Source: Minisyncoccota bacterium
GTDB lineage: Bacteria; Patescibacteriota; Minisyncoccia; Phycocordibacterales; JACRKE01
DNA: 64,000 bases
Assembly: GCA_041660505.1 (NCBI GenBank)
Contig: JBAZWG010000001.1
Span: 609,768-673,767 of the forward strand
Direction: 5' to 3'
In this document: piece by piece, positions 27,505 to 35,997 of the stretch
How positions within the stretch are numbered: the first letter of the stretch is position 1
Layout of the letters: each line of letters starts with the position of its first letter
Made by a program: the position numbers and the translations under genes
The notes under the pieces: model-generated
The model's input: the letters and a program-made list of their open reading frames with translations, nothing else
What the model was told of the DNA's origin: nothing
Database searches by the model: none

Positions 27505-28617
27505 ATGATAATCATTGACCTGAAATTTCTTGTTAGAAAACGAGCGAATTTATTTTTTCTTATCGACAATCTCTCTTTTCCTATTGATTCAATGCACCGA
27601 GATTACAACCGTGAGTGGCTGGAGCTTTTCGGACAACTGTCGGATAGCGAGAATAATGCGCTCGAAAAATACAGGTTGTTTAAAAAGTCTATCTGGGACA
27701 GAGGGGGAGGCAAACTACTTACTCGTTTTGAATCTGCCTTTTATCAATTTTCAGAATTAGACCTGAGAGAAGAAAAATTATTACTAAATATTCTTACCGA
27801 AGAAGAGTCTGGCGAATTAGATAAAATCTTTAGCTATTTTCAAGGCAGGTTTGAACTAATGTGGGAAAATTATTGTCGGATTCTCTCGAATAATCTTATC
27901 TTTCTTGAAAACGATTTTGCTTCCGTTCAACAAGTGTTTAGTGAGACACTCTCTGTAATTGGCGGGTTGTATGGGGTTAATAATTTTAACGATCGAATCG
28001 AAGTCTTTCTTATGATGCGACCGGCCACCGGGTTTTCCGGAGGGAGAATGATTAGCCGAAAGCCCCCTATAGTAATGATCGAGAGCGGGATTTCTAAACC
28101 ACAAGATCTTGACCAAATAAATCATCTGCGGCTATTACTTTTTCATGAGCTCACTCACGCCTGTTTTGAAAACGAACGTTTTTTAAAATTTCTCGGTGAA
28201 TATATCGAAAAGAAAACTCCACTCACTCACTTTCTTGAGAAATACCCCTCAACAAAGACTCCAGCTTTGGCCACCCGCCGAGCAATGCGAGAAATGATTA
28301 TTAACTCCATTGAATATAGTACGTACGTTCGAGGTCGGCTTGAACAAGGTTGTGAGATAAATTCCAATAATGGGGAAACTATTCTGAACGAAATTCGAAA
28401 CAAAAAATCTTTTAAACTCGCGAAAGGCACCCAAGAGAAACGCTCTATTATTTTGACCAGCGGAGAGGATACTTACCGGTATGTCGCGTGGAAGCTAGAA
28501 GGAATTGTGCGACCATATCTTGATAATAAAAAGCGCATAGATGATGAATTCTTAGACGGTGTTTATGATGTCTTAAAAGCATTTCCGGATAACCTTCTTG
28601 ATGATTTGAAATTGTGA
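27505..28617 (+). CDS. hypothetical protein with HExxH motif (LLFHELTHACF), possible metallopeptidase
   Basis: Single HELTH motif; AT-rich; converges on the rSAM gene end. Confidence 0.5.
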   Translation: MIIIDLKFLVRKRANLFFLIDNLSFPIDSMHRDYNREWLELFGQLSDSENNALEKYRLFKKSIWDRGGGKLLTRFESAFYQFSELDLREEKLLLNILTEEESGELDKIFSYFQGRFELMWENYCRILSNNLIFLENDFASVQQVFSETLSVIGGLYGVNNFNDRIEVFLMMRPATGFSGGRMISRKPPIVMIESGISKPQDLDQINHLRLLLFHELTHACFENERFLKFLGEYIEKKTPLTHFLEKYPSTKTPALATRRAMREMIINSIEYSTYVRGRLEQGCEINSNNGETILNEIRNKKSFKLAKGTQEKRSIILTSGEDTYRYVAWKLEGIVRPYLDNKKRIDDEFLDGVYDVLKAFPDNLLDDLKL

Positions 28618-28674
28618 ACAAAAAGGCTGGCTCCCTAGAAACCCAGGAACCAGCCAAACTCCTCATCCTTTCTG

Positions 28675-29931
28675 TTAGTGATCAAGGATGTGTCTAAGGA
28701 GGTTCTTCGAAAATTCCCTGATTGCTTCGCATCGATAGCTCCTCTCTTTCCAGAAAGCTTCTGGTGAGACTTCGGCTTTATTGGCAGGGCAGTCTCCCTT
28801 ACAACCAAATTGAGCGAAGCAGTTCTGGCAGTCGGGAATACTCCTGACATTGAATTGCCGGAGGTGTCTGTATCGGTCTGCATCGAACACGAAAGCCTGT
28901 TGTTTTGGATCGTACTGTCCGAAACAAAATAGCAAAGCAGCGTCGTTTGCGCCCACACCGGCCATTCTATGGCAGGAAACAACTCGGCCGTCATAGGTGA
29001 TTGTGAAGTTCTTGCCAGCGGCTCCACAAAAAGCGCTACCCGTTGTCCGCCACGCCTGTGCAAGCGATGTTCTTATGCTAACGTTCAACGTTTTGGCAAC
29101 TTCAGACGCCTCAGTGAATTTCCCTAAGAATAGGGAGTCCACTGGTGGTTGAGCAAGCGGATTGACTTTCGCTCTCCCCATCGCGAAAAGTGGTTCGTAG
29201 GTTTGGACGCAACCAGGGAATCGTTCCCCGAAAAATCTCACCATTTCAGTCAGACGGTGAACGCTTGCTGCGGAAATGGTGGAACGGAACCTTAGTTTGT
29301 GCGGTGCAATCTGATAGATTTCCGTTGCCGCATCGAACACGCGGTCGAAACTCTTGCCCCGTTGCGCATCGTGGATATCCTTGGGCCCATCCACGGATAG
29401 TAGTATGTTGTCCATGTTCTCGGCGAGCCACCTGGCCTTTTGAGACGACATACAACCGTTGGTAGTGATTCCTGCCGAGCTCTCGAGACCCTGTTCTGAC
29501 GCTTGCGCGTGGAGGTACTGTACCGCTCCGACCAAGGTAGTCCAAGGTAGTGTCGGTTCACCGCCGAACATCCATGCACCGACCTTGCGCTTTCCTGAGT
29601 CTCTCGCAGATTTTATGAGATGGTCGACAGTAGCTCGGACAACCTCAGTCGGCATCGTTATGGTTTCTGTCGGCCGCGGGACGTAACCTCCAAAGCAGTA
29701 GATGCACCCAAGCTTGCACTGGTTAGTGAGCATCAAGGTTGCACCCGTAAAGAGGTAGTTCGGTTCTTCCGCTACCTCTTTTTGTATCGTCGAAGTCGGG
29801 GCGGTTACAAAATCTGGGATTGTTTCTGCAACATTCGCTTCGACCCGATACACCTTTCGCATTGTGGGAACGTAAATAATGACGCTATCTCCGTCTTGAA
29901 TCTTGAAGAGTCGGTGTTGAACAAGTTCCAT
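28675..29931 (-). CDS. radical SAM enzyme with C-terminal SPASM domain (RiPP peptide maturase-like)
   Basis: CxxxCxxC at LTNQCKLGCIYCFG; SPASM CX2CX5CX3C at CQNCFAQFGCKGDC plus flanking Cys; about 65-aa N-terminal extension; RBS ACGGAGG 6 nt before the ATG. Confidence 0.85.
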   Translation of the reverse strand: MELVQHRLFKIQDGDSVIIYVPTMRKVYRVEANVAETIPDFVTAPTSTIQKEVAEEPNYLFTGATLMLTNQCKLGCIYCFGGYVPRPTETITMPTEVVRATVDHLIKSARDSGKRKVGAWMFGGEPTLPWTTLVGAVQYLHAQASEQGLESSAGITTNGCMSSQKARWLAENMDNILLSVDGPKDIHDAQRGKSFDRVFDAATEIYQIAPHKLRFRSTISAASVHRLTEMVRFFGERFPGCVQTYEPLFAMGRAKVNPLAQPPVDSLFLGKFTEASEVAKTLNVSIRTSLAQAWRTTGSAFCGAAGKNFTITYDGRVVSCHRMAGVGANDAALLFCFGQYDPKQQAFVFDADRYRHLRQFNVRSIPDCQNCFAQFGCKGDCPANKAEVSPEAFWKERSYRCEAIREFSKNLLRHILDH

Positions 29932-29951
29932 GGATAACCTCCGTTATTATG

Positions 29952-29988
29952 GATCGAGGGTGGAAGCTATACGCTTCCACCCTCGATC
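29952..29988 (-). promoter_or_regulatory. perfect 16-bp stem-loop (GATCGAGGGTGGAAGC-TATA-CGCTTCCACCCTCGATC) between precursor ORF and maturase
   Basis: No U-run on the transcribed strand, so more likely an attenuator or processing/stability hairpin than a full terminator. Confidence 0.6.
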
Positions 29989-30014
29989 TTCTTCGAGTCA
30001 ACGACAGTTAGTTG

Positions 30015-30161
30015 TTACTCGCCGCAGCTGTCTCCATCTCCCCAGCAACCGTCTTGGTCCGAGTCGCATGCACTGCAACTTCGTGACGTGTCGGATGGAA
30101 GCGATGCGCTTGCGCAGGCAAGCCCTTCCAGCTGCTCCAGGGTCAAAGTCGGCTCTCTCAT
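30015..30161 (-). CDS. unannotated 48-aa Cys/Asp-rich RiPP precursor peptide candidate (ranthipeptide/SCIFF-like)
   Basis: Minus strand reads CGAAAGGAGGTGCCTATG...TAA. It translates to MREPTLTLEQLEGLACASASLPSDTSRSCSACDSDQDGCWGDGDSCGE. RBS AAGGAGG lies 5 nt upstream. Five Cys with nearby Asp/Ser/Thr at the C-terminus, helical acidic leader. Below the 60-aa ORF-track cut-off. Confidence 0.6.
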   Translation of the reverse strand: MREPTLTLEQLEGLACASASLPSDTSRSCSACDSDQDGCWGDGDSCGE

Positions 30162-30200
30162 AGGCACCTCCTTTCGTTGTCGAAGATCATTGTCAAGCTG

Positions 30201-30231
30201 ATTCTACCCCCCCCCTATTGCAATTTGTCAA
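30201..30231 (-). promoter_or_regulatory. promoter for the precursor peptide: TTGACA-N19-TAGAAT with a G9 (C9 on plus) tract in the spacer
   Basis: Reverse complement of plus 30201-30231; C9 run at 30207-30215; the 19-nt spacer is suboptimal; direct repeats TTGTCAAG at 30190-30197 and 30225-30232. Confidence 0.45.
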
Positions 30232-30419
30232 GTCCTTCGACTGAGCGAATTCCAAAGTGATTCCAAAACCTTAACTGTTAGACGGGCATGTACACCCGGA
30301 TACTTACTAACCTACGCCATTGGGGATATATAGTCGATTTACCAACTTCTCTCTGTTAGGTTCTTGTGATACGATTAGTGTATGGATAGAATCTCAAAAG
30401 TGTTACTGGGTGCGATAGT

Positions 30420-31373
30420 ATGCCTAGTTGTATCTTCGGTATTATATTCATTTTATTCGACAGTCGTTCGACAAGATTTTCAGGTGAGCGACACGACTCC
30501 CGCAACCGAATAATTACATATATTCCCATGCAATCAGATCAAAATCAATATTGGTCAATGACAGAAGGTGTCTTTAACTGTCTCATTGACACCGAGCGAA
30601 CCGAAGCCTTTCAAAAAGCTATACGAAATACGGTAAAAAGGGGTGATATTGTTGTCGATCTCGGGTCTGGCTCCGGGGTCATGGCTATGTTCGCCGCCGA
30701 CGCAGGTGCGGCAAAGGTATACGCCGTTGAAATAGATTTGCGCAATATAAAAACGCTCCGAGATACGTTTGCAAAAAATGGATATGCAGACGTGATTACA
30801 GTTATCGAGGGGGATGCCACAAGTGTTGTGTTGCCAGAAAAAGTTGATGTGATTATCGCAGAGATGGTTGCGACTGGCCTGATTGAAGAACTACAAATTC
30901 CAGCGATGAATAATGCGCTCATGTATAAAAAGGAGAGAACACGCGTTGTTCTAAGCCGAATTGATAACTATATTGATCTCGTTTTTAATAATCCTGTATT
31001 TTATAATCACACGTTCAATATCTTCCGTTACGAATATCCGGACATCGAGCAGCTACGATCAAATAGTTTTTCTGACAGGATTATATATTCTTCTATAGAC
31101 TTCAACCATGTATGCAGTGAGAGGAATGTGGATGCAACATACGAAGTCTCGATTACTAACGACGGGGTGATTAATGCGCTCAGAATAAGCACCGACACTT
31201 TTTTTGCTGACAATTCAACACTTGGTCCTACCTATGCCTACGCATATCCGTTAATTCTCCCCATCCCCGAATCCAAGGTTAAAAAAGGAGATATTTTTTC
31301 GGTAAAAGTGTCCTACGAGCTCTGCGGAGGTTTCGATGGGTTCTCATACTCGGTAACTAAAAAAAATGTTTAG
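30420..31373 (+). CDS. PRMT-like class I SAM-dependent methyltransferase
   Basis: DTERTEAFQKAI...DIVVDLGSGSGVMAMFAADAGAAKVYAVE (motif I and post-I) and VDVIIAEMV match the protein arginine methyltransferase family pattern; alternative start at 30528; stop overlaps the HK start. Confidence 0.6.
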   Translation: MPSCIFGIIFILFDSRSTRFSGERHDSRNRIITYIPMQSDQNQYWSMTEGVFNCLIDTERTEAFQKAIRNTVKRGDIVVDLGSGSGVMAMFAADAGAAKVYAVEIDLRNIKTLRDTFAKNGYADVITVIEGDATSVVLPEKVDVIIAEMVATGLIEELQIPAMNNALMYKKERTRVVLSRIDNYIDLVFNNPVFYNHTFNIFRYEYPDIEQLRSNSFSDRIIYSSIDFNHVCSERNVDATYEVSITNDGVINALRISTDTFFADNSTLGPTYAYAYPLILPIPESKVKKGDIFSVKVSYELCGGFDGFSYSVTKKNV

Positions 31374-33075
31374 CAACTACTATTGCCCGGGAAATCTCTC
31401 CGTGCTCGGGGCCTTTGATTTCAGTTATGCCCCCACGCTCATTTTTTATGCTTACATACCAATAATTCTTGTCTCGATATTTTTCGGATTATTGCTTATT
31501 TTCAGAGATAAGTTTTCTATTCAGGGAAAGCTTATCTTTCTGCTTTCACTCTTCTTTTCGTTTTGGAATCTTAATGTTATTGCCGAGTGGATAACCGTCC
31601 CCGTCAACCTAAATCATTTTTTTTGGCAACTAACCATGCTGTTTGAGATGCCGATTCCGCTACTCGCGATATACCTCACTCTTGTTTTTATCTACAAAAA
31701 GGATATTTCGAGCAAGTTAAAAATATTACTGACTATATTTTTCCTGCCGGTCCCACTGCTTCTGGCGACCGTCTATAATATCGGCGTATTTGATGTGCAA
31801 AATTGTCAGCCAGCAGTCGGTTGGTTAACGTATTACGTCTATGCGATCGAGATTTTTTCCATTCTATGGATTGTTATAGCCGCGTATAGAAAATACCAGA
31901 TCGAATCAAGCCCCTCCGAAAAAAAACAAATTCTTCTGATGGTTTCTGGTATATCACTATTTCTCCTTACCTTTTCTTTGTCGAATATTCTCGGCGAGTG
32001 GACTCAATTTTATCAAATCAACCTTATCGGTCCTATTGGTATGGTGGTGTTTCTGGCGCTCATGACTTACCTTATCGTCAAGTTCAAGACCTTCAATATC
32101 AAGCTTATTGGTACACAGGCTTTGGTGTGGGCGCTTATTATACTTATCGGGTCGGAGTTTTTCTTCATCCAAACAAACGTCAATAGAATTCTCACTGCCG
32201 TTACCCTTGTAATATCGGCTTGGATGGGTCTCATAATTGTGAGAAGCGTAAAGAAGGAAATTGAGGCTCGTGAGATTATCGAAGGTATGGCGAAGAAACT
32301 TGAGGGGGTTAACACCGAGCTCGAGGGTGCCAATGCCAAGCTCAAGGTACTTGACCAACAGAAGTCGGAGTTTGTCTCTATTGCTTCGCATCAGTTGCGG
32401 TCGCCGCTCACAGTCATTAAGGGCTATTTATCCATGATGATCGAGGGCGAGCCGGAGTTGGCCGACCTTAAGGCGGGGACTATCACGCCGAAGGGGGTGG
32501 AGGTCATGAACACGATGTTCCAATCGACCAACCGCTTGGCGCATATTATTGAAGACTTCTTGAACGTCTCGCGCATCGAGCAGGGCAAGATGAAATACGA
32601 GATGAGCGACTTCGACATCCGCCAGATGGCGCGGGAAGTGGTGGGTGAATTCCAAGCCGAGGTGGGCGAGAGGAAACTGACGCTTATCTGCACCGACAAG
32701 TCGCCAAACGCGAGCTATATGGTCTACGCCGACGCGGGCAAGCTCCGCCAAGTCATCGGCAATATTATTGACAACTCTATCAAGTACACGCCGCAGGGCG
32801 GGATCACTGTCTATCTTGAACGTCTGGCGGATAGTACTAGACTTTCGGTGAAGGACACCGGCATCGGCATCTCGGCCGAGAACCTTAAGAATTTGTTCCA
32901 GAAGTTCTCTCGCGCATCGAACGGCGGTAAGGTCAACGTGACAGGATCCGGCCTCGGCCTCTTCGTCGCTGTCGAAATTATGAAGGCGCATAAAGGCAAG
33001 CTGTGGGCAGAGTCGGATGGAGAAGGCAAGGGCTCAACTTTCGTGATAGAACTTCCAATTAAAAAACGGAATTAA
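31366..33075 (+). CDS. sensor histidine kinase with about 8-TM N-terminal membrane sensor domain; no response regulator adjacent
   Basis: H-box SIASHQLRSPLTVIKGY; HATPase_c N/G boxes (IIDNSIKYT, GSGLGLFVAVEIM); start overlaps the MTase stop. Confidence 0.85.
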   Translation: MFSNYYCPGNLSVLGAFDFSYAPTLIFYAYIPIILVSIFFGLLLIFRDKFSIQGKLIFLLSLFFSFWNLNVIAEWITVPVNLNHFFWQLTMLFEMPIPLLAIYLTLVFIYKKDISSKLKILLTIFFLPVPLLLATVYNIGVFDVQNCQPAVGWLTYYVYAIEIFSILWIVIAAYRKYQIESSPSEKKQILLMVSGISLFLLTFSLSNILGEWTQFYQINLIGPIGMVVFLALMTYLIVKFKTFNIKLIGTQALVWALIILIGSEFFFIQTNVNRILTAVTLVISAWMGLIIVRSVKKEIEAREIIEGMAKKLEGVNTELEGANAKLKVLDQQKSEFVSIASHQLRSPLTVIKGYLSMMIEGEPELADLKAGTITPKGVEVMNTMFQSTNRLAHIIEDFLNVSRIEQGKMKYEMSDFDIRQMAREVVGEFQAEVGERKLTLICTDKSPNASYMVYADAGKLRQVIGNIIDNSIKYTPQGGITVYLERLADSTRLSVKDTGIGISAENLKNLFQKFSRASNGGKVNVTGSGLGLFVAVEIMKAHKGKLWAESDGEGKGSTFVIELPIKKRN

Positions 33076-33135
33076 AGAATTTGAGAATTAAAGAATCATT
33101 CCAAAATTCATAAATTCTAAGATTCCGTCCAAATT

Positions 33136-35052
33136 ATGTATATCATCAAGCGCAGCACGCACAATCCGCTCATTGCACCATTGAATGACAAGCAGTGGGA
33201 GTCGCGCGCGACATTCAACCCTTGCCCCGTCCGGCAAGGCAAGACGACGCACATGCTCTATCGCGCCTTGAGCCGGCCGGATGCCTTGCGCGAGCCCGAA
33301 GGCTTATCAACGATCGGCAAGGCAATCACAATGGACGGTGAACACTTCCAGGCGCGCAGGGCGTTCATCGTGCCGGAGCAGCCGTGGGAGAAGTATGGCT
33401 GTGAAGACCCGCGCGTTACATTCTTCGAGGGGAATTATGTGACGTTCTATACTGCTCTGGGTGGGATGCCCTTTGGCCCCGGCAATATCAAGGTGGCAGT
33501 GGCGCTGTCTAAAGATATGGAGCGCATCGACGAGAAGCATCTGGTCACACCCTTTAATGCCAAGGCGATGGTGCTCTTCCCCGAGCGAGTCGGCGGCAAG
33601 GTTACGGCAATATTCAGCGCGCACACCGATGAGCCACCGGTCAAGACTGTAATCGTCCAGGCCGACAAGCTCGAAGACTTTTGGGATTTGAAATTTTGGG
33701 AAAAGTGGCACGCGGAAATTGACGAGCACATCGTTAATCCTTTGCGCTTCAGCCACGACCATATCGAGGTTGGGGCGCCGCCATTGCGTACCAAAGACGG
33801 CTGGCTCTTGTTCTATTCTTATATCCAGAATTATTTCGGCGGAGGGGAGCGCGTCTTCGGCATCGAGGCATTACTCCTCGACTTCGATGACCCGCGCCAG
33901 ATAGTCGGCCGGACGAAGGGGCCGATCATGGTGCCGGAAGAAACTTACGAGAAGTACGGCATGGTGCCGAACATCGTCTTCCCCACGGGCGCGCTCCTGA
34001 ACACGAACGGCCGCGTGGATATTTATTACGGTGCGGCGGATACTGTCTGTGCGCGAGCCTCGTTAAGTTTACAAGATTTACTCAGCGCTATGGTGCCGGA
34101 ACGGCGCGCCCAACTCGCCGTGCGCGCGAAGGAGAATCCGATTCTTAAACCTGCTGAGGGCCACTCGTGGGAAAGCAAAGCGGTCTTCAACCCCGGGGCT
34201 ATCGAGATAGACGACACTATCTATTTGCTTTACCGCGCGATGGGTAACGATAATAATTCTGTTCTCGGCTATGCATCGACCAAAAATGGCGTGAAGATAA
34301 CAGAGCGTCTGGATCAGCCAGCCTATGTCCCGCGTGAAGACTTCGAGAAGAAAAGGGGTGGCAATACCTCGGGCTGTGAGGACCCGCGCCTGACCAGAAT
34401 AGACAATACAATTTACTTGGCTTACACGGCGTTCAACGGCGTCGACCCATGGCACGCGGCACTCTCCTCGATATCCGTAAAAGATTTCTTGGCCAAGCGC
34501 TGGGATATGTGGGAGAAGCCTCAACGTGTTACTCCGCCCCAGATACAGGATAAAGACGCCTGCCTTCTGCCAGAGAAAGTTGCTGATCAATACATGATCT
34601 TCCATCGCATCGATCCGATGATTTGCGCCGACTTTGTTGACTCTCTCGACTTCGCTAAGACTCCGCTCACGCGTTGTATCGAGATAATGGGGCCGCGGCC
34701 GGGTATGTGGGATAGCGCTAAGATCGGTATCGCCGGCCCGCCTATAAAGACAGATGCCGGCTGGCTTTTGCTCTATCACGGCGTGTCCAAGACCTCTACA
34801 TACAGACTCGGTGCTGTACTATTGGACTTGAAGAATCCCTCGATAGTGCTCTCGCGCTCTGTGGACACTATCTTCGAACCGCTTGAGGAGTACGAGCGCG
34901 TCGGCCAAGTACGCAATGCTGTGTTCTCGTGCGGGGCGGTGTTGCGCGGCAAGACCATCTATGTGTATTATGGCGGGGCGGATACGGTCGTGGGCGTAGC
35001 GAAGATAGCACTCGACAAGTTGCTCAAAATCCTGGCGCCGAAGAATTTATAA
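33136..35052 (+). CDS. tandem-duplicated GH130-family (DUF377) glycoside phosphorylase-like protein
   Basis: Two copies of the NP...YRA.G.D..S..G.A.S.DG ... YYGGAD pattern in a 638-aa protein. Confidence 0.7.
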   Translation: MYIIKRSTHNPLIAPLNDKQWESRATFNPCPVRQGKTTHMLYRALSRPDALREPEGLSTIGKAITMDGEHFQARRAFIVPEQPWEKYGCEDPRVTFFEGNYVTFYTALGGMPFGPGNIKVAVALSKDMERIDEKHLVTPFNAKAMVLFPERVGGKVTAIFSAHTDEPPVKTVIVQADKLEDFWDLKFWEKWHAEIDEHIVNPLRFSHDHIEVGAPPLRTKDGWLLFYSYIQNYFGGGERVFGIEALLLDFDDPRQIVGRTKGPIMVPEETYEKYGMVPNIVFPTGALLNTNGRVDIYYGAADTVCARASLSLQDLLSAMVPERRAQLAVRAKENPILKPAEGHSWESKAVFNPGAIEIDDTIYLLYRAMGNDNNSVLGYASTKNGVKITERLDQPAYVPREDFEKKRGGNTSGCEDPRLTRIDNTIYLAYTAFNGVDPWHAALSSISVKDFLAKRWDMWEKPQRVTPPQIQDKDACLLPEKVADQYMIFHRIDPMICADFVDSLDFAKTPLTRCIEIMGPRPGMWDSAKIGIAGPPIKTDAGWLLLYHGVSKTSTYRLGAVLLDLKNPSIVLSRSVDTIFEPLEEYERVGQVRNAVFSCGAVLRGKTIYVYYGGADTVVGVAKIALDKLLKILAPKNL

Positions 35053-35059
35053 AACACAC

Positions 35060-35806
35060 ATGAATATACCGAAGCTCGTCGCTTTCGACCTCGACGGCAC
35101 CATTGCACCAAGTAAACATCAGACGGAGGCCGACATGGGCTTGCTTCTCGCGAGCTTGCTGGCGAAGTTGCCTGTCGCTATAATGTCCGGCGCTTCGTTC
35201 CATCAGTTCGAACGGCAATTTTTGCCAGCCTTACCGGTTGACGCAAATTTTTCCAATTTATATTTATTCCCAACGAACGCGGCGGCCTGCTATGTGTACA
35301 AAGACGGCAAATGGCAGGAGCAATATAACGAGAAGTTTACCGATATTGAGCGTGAGAAAATTATGAATGCACTGAATGAGGCGATGACAGAAACTAATTT
35401 CCAATCTTTCGTGCCGCAAACTTGGGGTGAGCAGATAGAAGATCGCGGGGCGCAGATTACTCTCTCTGCCCTGGGCCAGCAAGCACCGCTTGAGGAGAAG
35501 CAGAAGTGGGACCCGACACGAGAGAAGCGCCAGCCGCTCTATGATTTGCTTTGTGAAAAATTACCTGATTTCTCCATCGGTTTGAACGCCACGACCTCAA
35601 TAGATATTACGAAGAAGGGGGTGAACAAAGGCTACGGTGTGCTCAAGCTCGCAGAACTGACGAAAATTCCCGTAGGCGAGATGCTCTATGTTGGCGACGC
35701 ACTCGGCCCGGGCGGTAACGATGCGATAGTTATCCCAACATGTATCCAGACGTATGCAGTAGCTGACCCGGAAGATACAAAAAAGTTTATTAAAAGCATA
35801 ATTTAA
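35060..35806 (+). CDS. HAD-superfamily IIB hydrolase (PMM/Cof-like)
   Basis: Motif I FDLDGTI; C-terminal GDALGPGGNDA. Confidence 0.68.
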   Translation: MNIPKLVAFDLDGTIAPSKHQTEADMGLLLASLLAKLPVAIMSGASFHQFERQFLPALPVDANFSNLYLFPTNAAACYVYKDGKWQEQYNEKFTDIEREKIMNALNEAMTETNFQSFVPQTWGEQIEDRGAQITLSALGQQAPLEEKQKWDPTREKRQPLYDLLCEKLPDFSIGLNATTSIDITKKGVNKGYGVLKLAELTKIPVGEMLYVGDALGPGGNDAIVIPTCIQTYAVADPEDTKKFIKSII

Positions 35807-35817
35807 TTTTTATTATC

Positions 35818-35997
35818 ATGACCGCGAATATTTTAAACGACGGGGAAGAGGATGTGCTCTCTGACGAGGCGGAGGAGGAGCTGACAGAGCTTATGGACGA
35901 ATATAGCATTGACCGCGATAGAGCTTTGCGCGTAAAGAAGCTGATGGATCGCGAAGGTCTTGACTCCGACAAAGCCATTGAAGCTCTGGAGGACTAA
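35818..35997 (+). CDS. small acidic helical protein (59 aa, unlisted ORF)
   Basis: ATG at 35818; its stop TAA overlaps the next ATG (TAATG). Confidence 0.3.
   Translation: MTANILNDGEEDVLSDEAEEELTELMDEYSIDRDRALRVKKLMDREGLDSDKAIEALED

Noticed and set aside
28635-29063. 142-aa minus-strand ORF overlapping the 3' part of the rSAM gene
   Set aside because: It is an alternative frame inside a gene with clear radical-SAM/SPASM motifs.
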